Source: Candidatus Kaiserbacteria bacterium RIFCSPHIGHO2_12_FULL_53_13
Lineage (GTDB): Bacteria > Patescibacteriota > Minisyncoccia > Phycocordibacterales > UBA2100
Assembly (NCBI GenBank): GCA_001781555.1
Contig: MFLP01000030.1
Coordinates: 16,164 to 54,424 of the forward strand
DNA: 38,261 bases
Reading direction: 5' to 3'
The notes under the pieces were generated by a model. It made no database searches and was not told the origin of the DNA. It saw only the letters and a program-made list of their open reading frames with translations. Both the position numbers and the translations under genes were made by a program. Below are positions 1 through 8,597 of the stretch, in pieces. Within the stretch, counting starts at the first letter, position 1, and the number at the start of each line of letters is the position of its first letter.

Positions 1-1206
1 CCCAAAATAGCAGACCGCTATGGCAGACGAGTTGTCAAATATAAGCTCCGTGATTGGATAGTCTCTCGCCAGCGCTACTGGGGCGTGCCGATACCGATAA
101 TCCATTGCAAGAAATGCGGGAATGTGCCCGTACCTGACGCTGACTTGCCCGTAGAATTGCCGGATGTAGCCGACTATTTGCCGGAAGGAAGCGGTAAATC
201 GCCGCTTGCGAAGGCAAGGCAGTGGGTAAAAACCGCATGCCCCTCATGCGGCGGCCGCGCAGAGCGCGAGACCGATACACTCGATACTTTCGTGGATTCT
301 TCATGGTACTTTCTGCGCTACACGGACCCGAAAAATGAAAAGGAATTCGCCTCACTAGACAAGATGGGGAAGTGGATGCCGATAAATTTATACTCCGGCG
401 GCGCCGAGCACACGACGATGCATCTCCTGTATTCACGTTTCTGGCACAAAGCGCTTTTCGACATAGGACTTGTCGCTGATACGGAACCCTATACGCGGCG
501 GATGAACCGTTCACTTATCCTAGGGCCCGACGGACAGAAGATGAGCAAGTCGCGCGGGAACGTCATCGATCCGGATGAAGTCGTCGAGCGGCTCGGCGCG
601 GACACCGTGCGCATGTACCTCGCGTTCATCGGGCCCTATAACGAGGTTTCGAGCTACCCGTGGAATCCCGACGGAGTTGTGGGAGTCAGACGCTTCTTAG
701 AGCGAGTATGCCGCATGAGCGACTCTGTGCAGGATGGAGATGTCCCAGAACTCGATATACTCCTACATAAGACCATCAAGAAGGTGGGGGAGGACATTGC
801 GGCATTGAAGTTCAATACGGCCGTAAGCGCGCTCATGATCCTTCTCAATTCCGTAGAAAAGACCAGGACTATCGGCAAGCCCCAATGGGCCGCGTTTCTG
901 AAATTACTCGCTCCCTTTGCACCCCACCTCGCCGAAGAGCTTTGGCGCGAGATAGGGAACAAGGGTTCTGTTCACTTGGAGAAATGGCCTGAATATGATG
1001 CGTCAAAACTCAAAGACGAGACAATAACCATTGCCATACAGATAAATGGCAAAACGCGGGGAGAAACAAACGTAACGTCTGATGCGGACAATGCAACGAT
1101 AGAAAAAACAGCACGTGAGGCAGTTGCATCACGACTTGAGGGAAAGAAAGTGGTGCGGACAGTAGTCGTGCCGAACAGGCTCGTAAATTTCGTACTGGGA
1201 GATTAA
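1..1206 (+). CDS. leuS: Leucine--tRNA ligase, C-terminal part (5' end outside window)
   Basis: Frame open from base 1 (KLRDWIVSRQRYWGVPIP); RETDTLDTFVDSSWYFLRY, GGAEH, KMSKS, APFAPHLAEELW, QINGK motifs. Confidence 0.97.
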   Translation, partial: PKIADRYGRRVVKYKLRDWIVSRQRYWGVPIPIIHCKKCGNVPVPDADLPVELPDVADYLPEGSGKSPLAKARQWVKTACPSCGGRAERETDTLDTFVDSSWYFLRYTDPKNEKEFASLDKMGKWMPINLYSGGAEHTTMHLLYSRFWHKALFDIGLVADTEPYTRRMNRSLILGPDGQKMSKSRGNVIDPDEVVERLGADTVRMYLAFIGPYNEVSSYPWNPDGVVGVRRFLERVCRMSDSVQDGDVPELDILLHKTIKKVGEDIAALKFNTAVSALMILLNSVEKTRTIGKPQWAAFLKLLAPFAPHLAEELWREIGNKGSVHLEKWPEYDASKLKDETITIAIQINGKTRGETNVTSDADNATIEKTAREAVASRLEGKKVVRTVVVPNRLVNFVLGD

Positions 1207-2660
1207 CGCTCCCGTATCTCAGGACCTCCCGTGGTGTCCGAGACATCGTAACCGGCATCGGCAATTTTCTCGCGGAGCTCATCGGAGCGGGTCCATTCTT
1301 TATCGGCCCGCGCCCTCTCACGATCGTTGACGAGGAGTGCAACTTCCAGCGGCAAGTCTTCAATCTTGATATCTTCTTTCACAAGTATCTCTAGCACCGA
1401 GGGTTGCGAGAGTCCAATGCCGAGCACGCGGTCGGCATCACGCAGGGTCGCGGAAATATCGGCGTGGGAAAGCGAGCCGTCGCCCGTCATCTCCCACAAA
1501 AGCGCGAGTGCGCCTGGCGTGTCCAGATCGTCGTTGAGGCGCTCATGGAAGCGTCTGCGGTGCATTTCGGAGACGGTACCACCCTCCTCACGCGCGAAGC
1601 TCAAGAGGCGGCCAAGCGCAGTCTGCGCGGCCCCTAGCGCCTCCCAGGTGAAATTGCTCGACGTTCGATAGTGTGCGCCGAGGAAGAGATAGCGCAAGGC
1701 AAGAGGATGAAAATCACGTTCGCAGATTTCGGATAAGTACACGACGTTTCCTTTTGACTTGGCGAGCTTCGCCCCCTCGAGCTGGACGTGCGCGCGGTGC
1801 ATCCAGAAGCGCACAAAGGGTTTCTTGCCAGTTGCCGCCTCTGACTGTGCGATTTCGTTGTTGTGATGCACCCCGATGTGCTCTATGCCTCCCGTGTGTA
1901 TATCAATTTGCTCACCCAATATTGCGCGTATCATCGCGGAGCACTCTATATGCCACCCCGGGAAGCCCTTTCCCCATGGGCTGTCCCATCCGAGCTTGCT
2001 GTCCAGTTTCCACAATGCGAAGTCAGCCGCATTGCGTTTCTCGGACTTTATCGCGACCCGTGCGCCCTCTTTCTGGCCTTCAATGTTAACTCCTCCGAGC
2101 GCACCGTAGGCAGGGAAGCGCGAGGTATCAAAGTAGACGCCGTCTCCGGTCGTGTACGCGTATCCTTTCTCTTGAAGCGTCGTTATCATTGCGATCTGTG
2201 CCGGGATGTAGTCGCTCGCGCGCGGGAACGTGATGCGCGAAGTGTCGATATTGAGCTTGCGCAGGTCGTCCAAGAATATCTGCGTGTATCGCTCGCCAAG
2301 CTCGCGCATATTTTCTAATGTGAGTTTTTTTCCTTCGCGTTTAAGGCCTTTTGTCATCCTATCTTCGCCTTCATCGGCGTCGGATGTCAGATGTCCTACA
2401 TCGGTTATATTAATTACCTGCTTTACAGTGAGCCCGTTATATTCGAGTGTTCTACGAAGTATGTCGGCAAAGACGAACATTGAAAGATTGCCGATATGCT
2501 GAACGTCATACACCGTAGGCCCGCAGTTATACATGCGTACGGTCTTCGCCGGGGCTGACAGAATAAATTCCTGCTTCTCCTTTCCAAGCGTATTGTAAAG
2601 AAAAAGGGGAGTGTCCGGCGTATTTTTATTCAAGAAACGTTCAAGGAAACGGAATCGCAT
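1203..2660 (-). CDS. cysS: Cysteine--tRNA ligase
   Basis: YNCGPTVY, HIGN, DFALWK, PGWHIECSAM, HHNNEIAQ, KLAKS; start placed at ATG 2660 just past the corA stop (ORF track starts at 2672). Confidence 0.96.
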   Translation of the reverse strand: MRFRFLERFLNKNTPDTPLFLYNTLGKEKQEFILSAPAKTVRMYNCGPTVYDVQHIGNLSMFVFADILRRTLEYNGLTVKQVINITDVGHLTSDADEGEDRMTKGLKREGKKLTLENMRELGERYTQIFLDDLRKLNIDTSRITFPRASDYIPAQIAMITTLQEKGYAYTTGDGVYFDTSRFPAYGALGGVNIEGQKEGARVAIKSEKRNAADFALWKLDSKLGWDSPWGKGFPGWHIECSAMIRAILGEQIDIHTGGIEHIGVHHNNEIAQSEAATGKKPFVRFWMHRAHVQLEGAKLAKSKGNVVYLSEICERDFHPLALRYLFLGAHYRTSSNFTWEALGAAQTALGRLLSFAREEGGTVSEMHRRRFHERLNDDLDTPGALALLWEMTGDGSLSHADISATLRDADRVLGIGLSQPSVLEILVKEDIKIEDLPLEVALLVNDRERARADKEWTRSDELREKIADAGYDVSDTTGGPEIRER

Positions 2661-2662
2661 AT

Positions 2663-3574
2663 TTAAAACCATTTCTTGTGCTTAAAGTACGCGACCATGC
2701 ATGTTCCGATCACGACTACGGTCCCGAGGATTATCCAGAAATCATACGGCAGTCCTCGTATGGGGTTATGAATGGTATCGATCTGGAGAATTGAAACGAC
2801 AAGCGACAGCGGGAATGTGAGAAGCGCCATGATGGTAAGGACACGCATGGTTTCGTTTTCTTTTGTCGAGAGCAGGGAGTTGTTCGTCTCGCGAAGTTCG
2901 TGAAGCGATTCGGTATTACGCATGATGTGGTTGTGCACGCGGTAGTATTCATTGGACAACGCACGCACATATGGCATAAAGTCTTCTCCGAATAACTTCG
3001 CGCTTTCGGACTCAAGAGCGTGCAGTACATCGCGGTGCGGTTCTATGGTTTGCCGCAGATTCAAAAGATCGCGCGCGCTTTCGGATATCGCGTGGACCAT
3101 CCTGACCTCATGTCCTGAAAAGATGTATTCCTCGACTGCACCGAGGTGATGCCGAATATGTTCCGCCTCGTACTCGACGGATTTGTACAGCTTCTTCATC
3201 ATGTAGAAGAAAAGAAATCCTGCATGGTCCCCGACCTTGCTCTTGTCTAAAATCGAGTTCACCTCGAAGACTTTCGAGAATTTGTGCAGCGGGTCGACAG
3301 TGTCATAGTGAGCGGTGATTATAAATTTGCGTCCGACAACAAAATCGACTTCCTGTTCCATTGACGTGTGGGAATGACGCAGTGCAGGGAAGTGGAGGAT
3401 TATGTACGCATAAGAGTCATAAAATTCCGCGCGCGGTTTTGCAGAAGGAAGCATTAGCTCTTCAGCGATCATAGCGCTCACGCCGAACTGTTCAATGATT
3501 CTTTGCACTTCATTGCGCGTAGGCGATTCCAGATCAACCCATAAAATCCCATTGTGCTCGCGGTCCGTGCGCAT
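2663..3574 (-). CDS. corA: CorA-family divalent cation transporter with non-canonical signature
   Basis: WVDLESPT N-terminus, long helical stalk, NETMRVLTI, two C-terminal TM helices, basic KHKKWF tail; QID in place of GMN. Confidence 0.85.
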   Translation of the reverse strand: MRTDREHNGILWVDLESPTRNEVQRIIEQFGVSAMIAEELMLPSAKPRAEFYDSYAYIILHFPALRHSHTSMEQEVDFVVGRKFIITAHYDTVDPLHKFSKVFEVNSILDKSKVGDHAGFLFFYMMKKLYKSVEYEAEHIRHHLGAVEEYIFSGHEVRMVHAISESARDLLNLRQTIEPHRDVLHALESESAKLFGEDFMPYVRALSNEYYRVHNHIMRNTESLHELRETNNSLLSTKENETMRVLTIMALLTFPLSLVVSILQIDTIHNPIRGLPYDFWIILGTVVVIGTCMVAYFKHKKWF

Positions 3575-3580
3575 AGCCAA

Positions 3581-3586
3581 ATTATA
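3581..3586 (-). promoter_or_regulatory. -10 box (TATAAT) 6 nt before corA ATG, probable leaderless promoter
   Basis: Minus strand GTTG-TATAAT-TTGGCT-ATG. Confidence 0.6.
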
Positions 3587-3631
3587 CAACATCTTTTGTC
3601 CTCGTCGGCGACCCCGCTCTCATTGTCTGGT

Positions 3632-3660
3632 TTGGCAAAAATATGGGCGGGTGCGATAAT
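3632..3660 (+). promoter_or_regulatory. Sigma70-type promoter of ctpA-rplI
   Basis: TTGGCA-N17-GATAAT with extended TGn. Confidence 0.5.
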
Positions 3661-3665
3661 TGCAA

Positions 3666-4964
3666 ATGCAGAATTCATGCGGGATACATATGTTTGATGA
3701 AAATGGCAAAAGATTTCTAAGCGCGAAAAACGCTGGCATCATTGCCGTCTCGCTTGCAATAGTCGGTTTCGGAACAGGATTTCTTATAGGTGGGCGTGGA
3801 TTCCTAGCGGACAGCTCCTCTCGGTCCATTGCTTCCGAGAGCCTTGGAGCAGATAAACCACCATCCGGCGTGGATTTTTCTCCGGTTTGGAAAGCATGGC
3901 AGGCCATTGATGAGAAATTCGTCCCTGCCGCCGTTTCTACAAGCACCCCCGCAGCCACAAGTACCGAGGCCACTGATCAGGAGCGGGTCTGGGGAATGAT
4001 ACAGGGCCTTGCAGGCTCTCTGAACGACCCATACACGTTCTTCATGCCTCCTGCCGAAAACAAGGTCTTTTCCGATGACATGAGCGGCAGTTTTGAAGGA
4101 GTCGGCATGGAAATCGCTGTGCGCGAGCAGGTTTTGACAGTTGTCTCTCCTCTAAAAGGAACTCCTTCGGAAAGAGCCGGGATAAAGAGCGGGGACAGAG
4201 TATTGAAAATAGATGAAATAGATACGCGCGGCATGGATATAACGGAAGCCGTCAAACGTATCAGGGGCCTGCGGGGAAGCGTCGTGTCTCTGACGATATC
4301 ACGGGACGGATGGGATGCCCCGAGGGAGATAAAAGTAACTCGCGATGTCATAGATGTGCCTATCTTAACCACAGAAGCCCGCCCTGATGGCGTATTCGTG
4401 ATACAAGTCATGAGCTTCACTGGGAATTCATCCGGACTTTTCCGGAATGCATTGCGTGAGTTTATCGATTCCGGAGATACGAAACTCATACTTGATCTGC
4501 GGGGCAATCCCGGCGGTTATCTCGAATCTGCCGTTGACATGGCCAGCTGGTTTTTACCTTCCGGCAAAGTCGTTGTTACGGAAGATTACGATGGCCACGG
4601 GGAGAATATCGTGCATCGCTCGCGCGGCTATGACGTGTTCAATGAGAACTTGCGAATGGCGATATTGGTAGATCACGGCTCCGCGTCAGCTTCAGAAATT
4701 CTCGCAGACGCTTTGCGATACTATGGCGTAGCCAAGCTTGTTGGCGCGACGACCTTCGGAAAAGGGTCAGTACAAGAACTTGTGGAGATCACCCCGGAGA
4801 CCTCTCTCAAATTGACGATTGCGAGATGGTTAGGGCCCAACGGAGATCAGATACCGAACACGGGCATCATTCCGGACGTGGAAGTGAAAATCAGCGACGA
4901 TGACGCAAAAGCCGGCGAGGACCCTCAAATGGATAAAGCAGTCGAATTGCTCAATGCGCAATGA
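3666..4964 (+). CDS. ctpA: S41 carboxyl-terminal processing protease with PDZ domain and N-terminal TM anchor
   Basis: DPYT, FEGVGMEI (PDZ), DLRGNPGG, SASASEI, TFGKGSVQ; start could also be 3690. Confidence 0.93.
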   Translation: MQNSCGIHMFDENGKRFLSAKNAGIIAVSLAIVGFGTGFLIGGRGFLADSSSRSIASESLGADKPPSGVDFSPVWKAWQAIDEKFVPAAVSTSTPAATSTEATDQERVWGMIQGLAGSLNDPYTFFMPPAENKVFSDDMSGSFEGVGMEIAVREQVLTVVSPLKGTPSERAGIKSGDRVLKIDEIDTRGMDITEAVKRIRGLRGSVVSLTISRDGWDAPREIKVTRDVIDVPILTTEARPDGVFVIQVMSFTGNSSGLFRNALREFIDSGDTKLILDLRGNPGGYLESAVDMASWFLPSGKVVVTEDYDGHGENIVHRSRGYDVFNENLRMAILVDHGSASASEILADALRYYGVAKLVGATTFGKGSVQELVEITPETSLKLTIARWLGPNGDQIPNTGIIPDVEVKISDDDAKAGEDPQMDKAVELLNAQ

Positions 4965-4977
4965 GTACCCGATGCGT

Positions 4978-5421
4978 ATGAAAGTTATCCTTATCAAGGA
5001 TGTCGGCGGGGTAGGGCAGAGGGGCGTCGTGAAAGAAGTGGCCGACGGGTACGCTATAAATTCTCTGATACCACGCGGACTTGCCGTGCAAGCAACTCCT
5101 GCGAAAATTGCAGAGCATGAAAAGCAGCGCAAACAAGAGGAAGCAAGGGCGACTTTACGCGATGAAGAATGGACGCGTCTTATAAAGACATTATCCGGAG
5201 CTAAAATAACAATTATGGCTCGTGCGAATGAAAAGGGGCATCTCTATCAAAGTCTCTCATCCGAAATGATAGCCGAAGAAATAGACAAGACATACAACGT
5301 CGTCCTTCCCAAAGAAGCCGTATCTCTGGAACAGCCTATAAAAACCGTCGGTATCACGCAGGTAGAGATACAATTAGGTACCAAAAAAGCCCTGATTACC
5401 GTGGAATTGAAAACAAGCTGA
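4978..5421 (+). CDS. rplI: 50S ribosomal protein L9
   Basis: MKVILIKDV..VG..G.VKEVADGYA.N.LIP; C-domain with PIKTVG. Confidence 0.95.
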   Translation: MKVILIKDVGGVGQRGVVKEVADGYAINSLIPRGLAVQATPAKIAEHEKQRKQEEARATLRDEEWTRLIKTLSGAKITIMARANEKGHLYQSLSSEMIAEEIDKTYNVVLPKEAVSLEQPIKTVGITQVEIQLGTKKALITVELKTS

Positions 5422-5426
5422 ACGAA

Positions 5427-5699
5427 CTAGACAACGTCAACGATATTCCTGGACTTGGAGCGGCCGTCGAAATTCATCTTTCGCTTTGTGCGGAAATGTA
5501 CGATGCCGGAAGTTCGCGCGAAAAGCGTATGGTCATGTCCAACCCCTATGTTCTTGCCAGGGAGTATTTTTGTTCCACGCTGGCGCACTATGACCTCGCC
5601 GATGCCCACTTTTTGCCCATCGGAGCGCTTTACCCCTAGATATTTAGGGTTTGAATCGCGTAGATTTTTCGCTGTTCCTCCTGCTTTTGTATGTGCCAT
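5427..5699 (-). CDS. rpmA: 50S ribosomal protein L27
   Basis: [30 protein letters not shown]. Confidence 0.97.
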   Translation of the reverse strand: MAHTKAGGTAKNLRDSNPKYLGVKRSDGQKVGIGEVIVRQRGTKILPGKNIGVGHDHTLFARTSGIVHFRTKRKMNFDGRSKSRNIVDVV

Positions 5700-5754
5700 A
5701 ATGGTTCAGATCCTAGGGTATAGGTGTTAGGGATTAAACAATATCTTTTAGAAC

Positions 5755-6117
5755 ATGCAGAGTATAGAAGAATTGAAGCTGAAAATCAAGGGCATCCTTG
5801 ACGAATTCATCGGGGAGTGGGGGATTGTGGCCATTGTCTTCCTGGTCGGCCTGGGGTCATTCGGTCTCGGCCGACTTTCCGTTCTTGAAAGTGTCCGGCC
5901 TCCCGTTTCCATCATAGAGGCGCCTGCCGGGACAAAACCAAGAGCCATGAATATCGGGGGATTGATAGTGGCTTCTAAAACGGGCAGCGCGTATTATTTT
6001 CCGTGGTGCGCAAGTGCTTTGAAGATAGCACAGCGGAATCAGATATGGTTCGTGAGCGAGGACGAGGCCCGGCGTGCGGGCTACACGCCGGCGAAGAACT
6101 GCAAGGGATTGCAGTAA
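5755..6117 (+). CDS. Membrane-anchored protein with C-terminal Ada metal-binding-like domain
   Basis: One TM (WGIVAIVFLVGLGSFGLG); ASKTGSAYYFPWC...F.SE.EA..AGY.PA.NC resembles the Ada Zn-binding-like module. Confidence 0.7.
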   Translation: MQSIEELKLKIKGILDEFIGEWGIVAIVFLVGLGSFGLGRLSVLESVRPPVSIIEAPAGTKPRAMNIGGLIVASKTGSAYYFPWCASALKIAQRNQIWFVSEDEARRAGYTPAKNCKGLQ

Positions 6118-6163
6118 GAAAAAGTCTCTATACGCCGCACGTCATACGCTATACAATACTCCT

Positions 6164-6754
6164 ATGTTAATTATTGATGTAGAAGCATCGGGGACGGAAG
6201 CGCACAGGCACTCCATCGTGAGCGTGGGCGCGCTCGATTTTGCGAACCCGAGCAATAGATTTTATGAAGAATGCAGAGTTTGGGATGGTGCGCACATTAT
6301 GGACGAAGCACTTGCGGTGAACGGATTCAGCAGGGAACAGATAACCGATGCTAGAAAGCAGAGCGAGGCGGATCTGACACACGCCTTCCTTCACTGGAGT
6401 GATGGATTGGAAGAACGGACTCTTGCAGGACAGAACGTTTCTTTTGATCGCGATTTCTTGAAATATGCGGCACAGCGCGCCGGGCATACCGACTGGCCAT
6501 TCGCATATCGCACGATCGACACGCATACGCTCTGCTACATGCACATGGTAGAGCGGGGAATCCAGCCGCCGGTGAAGCATCGCCGCTCCGCACTCGACCT
6601 AGATGCAGTATTGCACTATTGCGGTATTCCAGAGGAGCCCAGCCCGCACAACGCGCTTACAGGTGCCTTGTCGCATGCGGAGGTAGTCGCACGCCTTCTC
6701 TATGGCCGAAAGCTTTTGCCAGAATTCATGCAATTTGAGATACCCTGGAAATAA
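6164..6754 (+). CDS. DEDDh 3'-5' exonuclease (DnaQ/RNase T-like)
   Basis: ExoI IDVEASG, ExoII GQNVSFD, IDT, ExoIII HNALTGA; TACAAT 6 nt before ATG 6164. Confidence 0.88.
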   Translation: MLIIDVEASGTEAHRHSIVSVGALDFANPSNRFYEECRVWDGAHIMDEALAVNGFSREQITDARKQSEADLTHAFLHWSDGLEERTLAGQNVSFDRDFLKYAAQRAGHTDWPFAYRTIDTHTLCYMHMVERGIQPPVKHRRSALDLDAVLHYCGIPEEPSPHNALTGALSHAEVVARLLYGRKLLPEFMQFEIPWK

Positions 6755-7009
6755 GGGGCAGGGGAGAGTGCAAGAAGAACAGCATTTGTAGATTTATTGA
6801 TGCCTTCCCCTTTGGTTTGGCAGGGAACTGGAAATAAATTTTATTCTGGAATATTGAGTCGTTATAATACTTCCAACTTCGTTTTAATTGTTCCGACACT
6901 TTATTTAAATCAGCAGTCATCAGAGGAAGAGAGAAGTGTCAAATCGGCTAAACGAGATTGTGGCGTAATAATATTAATACAACGTCGCACAATATATCTT
7001 TTACGCGGG

Positions 7010-7026
7010 TAGCTTATGCGACATAT
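7010..7026. repeat. Left copy of 17-bp perfect inverted repeat (TAGCTTATGCGACATAT)
   Basis: Exact reverse complement of 7726-7742. Confidence 0.9.
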
Positions 7027-7064
7027 CATATTATTTACTTATATTTAAGTAATCAGATAATGGC

Positions 7065-7709
7065 TTAAGAACGTAAGACACGTAAGGGCTTGCGGCTTTT
7101 ATAGAACTCCTCAAACGTCTTCCAGCTCATAAGGGTTTGCTTTTGCCCGAGCCCCCTCTTCTTTTTCTGGACTAGCTCATTTAGCTCGCTCTGATTAATA
7201 TCTTCGTTCATCTGAAGAAATATGATTGGATATGGCAGTAGGTCTGACTGCGAGTATTTAGCCAGTTTAAGGTTCAGGCATCCCCCAATATTTTTGAGCG
7301 AACTGGCATAAAACACGTCTACACAAAATCCATCCTTGCCATCATATACAAAGAAATCAGCACGAGTCCTGTGGTCATCTGTGTAGAAGTATTCTCTGTG
7401 CACAAATTCTTTCCCGAATTGTTTGCACAACAGTTCGTATACATTTTTCTCTAGTATGTGGGCGCGTTCATTTATCGTATGCGCACGTTTTGAGCTATGG
7501 GCGCCTGTTCGCAAATCATGTTCACTTCCTATGTTGAGTTGTTTACGAAGCGCGACAAGTCCGCCAAAACGACGCTCGGCAGTTTTAGCTCTGGGTAAAT
7601 AAGGACACTCATCAAATTCTGTTGCTGTCGGGTACCTATGGTTCTCCTTATAAAAACGATCTAATCCATCTCTTATCCGCTCCATGGGCCACGTGAGACC
7701 TTTTGCCAT
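7065..7709 (-). CDS. Putative endonuclease: homing-endonuclease-associated repeat-like N-domain plus PD-(D/E)XK-like C-domain
   Basis: FYKENHRYPTATEFD..PYLP..KT.ERRFGG..ALR resembles HNH_repeat; E..VYELL...EY...RADFFVY...FCVDVF resembles a restriction-like fold; TATACT 6 nt before ATG. Confidence 0.55.
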   Translation of the reverse strand: MAKGLTWPMERIRDGLDRFYKENHRYPTATEFDECPYLPRAKTAERRFGGLVALRKQLNIGSEHDLRTGAHSSKRAHTINERAHILEKNVYELLCKQFGKEFVHREYFYTDDHRTRADFFVYDGKDGFCVDVFYASSLKNIGGCLNLKLAKYSQSDLLPYPIIFLQMNEDINQSELNELVQKKKRGLGQKQTLMSWKTFEEFYKSRKPLRVLRS

Positions 7710-7725
7710 CGCTCAAGTATACCCT

Positions 7726-7742
7726 ATATGTCGCATAAGCTA
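7726..7742. repeat. Right copy of 17-bp perfect inverted repeat (ATATGTCGCATAAGCTA)
   Basis: Exact reverse complement of 7010-7026. Confidence 0.9.
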
Positions 7743-7837
7743 TTTATGATTCTGTGGATATTCTCTGCTACTACCGTAAGATACATTTTCCTGGCACAAG
7801 CTTGGCTATAAACCCGTGGATGTCTGGCTTCTCTTTT

Positions 7838-8173
7838 TTAATAAAGAGAATTAAACGGGTCAACTTGAAACTTGATGCGACTGACGTTTTGTTCGCTGCC
7901 AGAGACTGTTTTTCCGGCTCCCAAGGATAGACCAACGACACTTACCTTACCTCCCCCTTCGACGTTCTTTCCTGAAATAACTGTAACCGCCACATCGAAA
8001 CTAATGCTGCCATTTTTATTTTTGTCGTCTCCTCGATTACTGTCCATGTGGTATTGCATCTGTCCATTTGTTCTCTCCGGAGTCTTCTCCTGCTTTGCGA
8101 TTGCGATATTGGCATTTTTTACACCTCTTTGTATTCCTACAAGTGTTTCCTCGATAAATTTATCTAGTTGCAT
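7838..8173 (-). CDS. Trypco2-like small protein
   Basis: MQLDKFIEETL..I..GV..AN helix; ISFDVAVTV, GGGKVSVVGLSLG, VSRIKFQV strands match my recollection of the Trypco2 pattern. Confidence 0.6.
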   Translation of the reverse strand: MQLDKFIEETLVGIQRGVKNANIAIAKQEKTPERTNGQMQYHMDSNRGDDKNKNGSISFDVAVTVISGKNVEGGGKVSVVGLSLGAGKTVSGSEQNVSRIKFQVDPFNSLY

Positions 8174-8183
8174 ATAGACACTT

Positions 8184-8564
8184 TTAATTAATATTTTCAG
8201 TAAATTTTGCAGCTATTTTTTTACGAAGCGTCTGTATTTTCGGATCATTACTGATTGACGCTGCTGTATCAAGTCTCTTTAAAAATAGCTCAAGTTCTTC
8301 AGGGGAACCCACTCCATATTTTTCAACCCACTTATCAACTTCATTCACAATTTGGTTGGCAACCTCTTTTGGTTTTAAAGATTCACCATCGTGCCATTGA
8401 GGGGATTTGCGGGTTAGAGCAATATCCCTTTCGAACACGTTTTCTCGCCTTGTTGCAGAATCGCCCGCGCTAGATATAGGTTGTAATTGGGCAGCTTTAA
8501 TGAGGCGGCCAATTTGTCTTTTCACACGTTCTTCCGGTCGAAGTCTTTCTAACCCCTTACCCAT
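8184..8564 (-). CDS. Hypothetical protein (AT-rich, helical)
   Basis: 126-aa ORF, extended -10 TGC-TAACAT 6 nt before ATG, 10 nt from the next gene. Confidence 0.7.
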   Translation of the reverse strand: MGKGLERLRPEERVKRQIGRLIKAAQLQPISSAGDSATRRENVFERDIALTRKSPQWHDGESLKPKEVANQIVNEVDKWVEKYGVGSPEELELFLKRLDTAASISNDPKIQTLRKKIAAKFTENIN

Positions 8565-8597
8565 GGAAGCATGTTAGCACGGTGTATGATTAGCGCT

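Noticed and set aside
6726..7012. Short ORFs 6726-6920 (-) and 6797-7012 (+) in the AT-rich gap
   Set aside because: No motifs, mutually overlapping, one runs into the exonuclease; at most a decayed remnant.
7010..7742. Classical IS element
   Set aside because: No DDE or HUH transposase motif and no target-site duplication; kept as an unclassified cassette.
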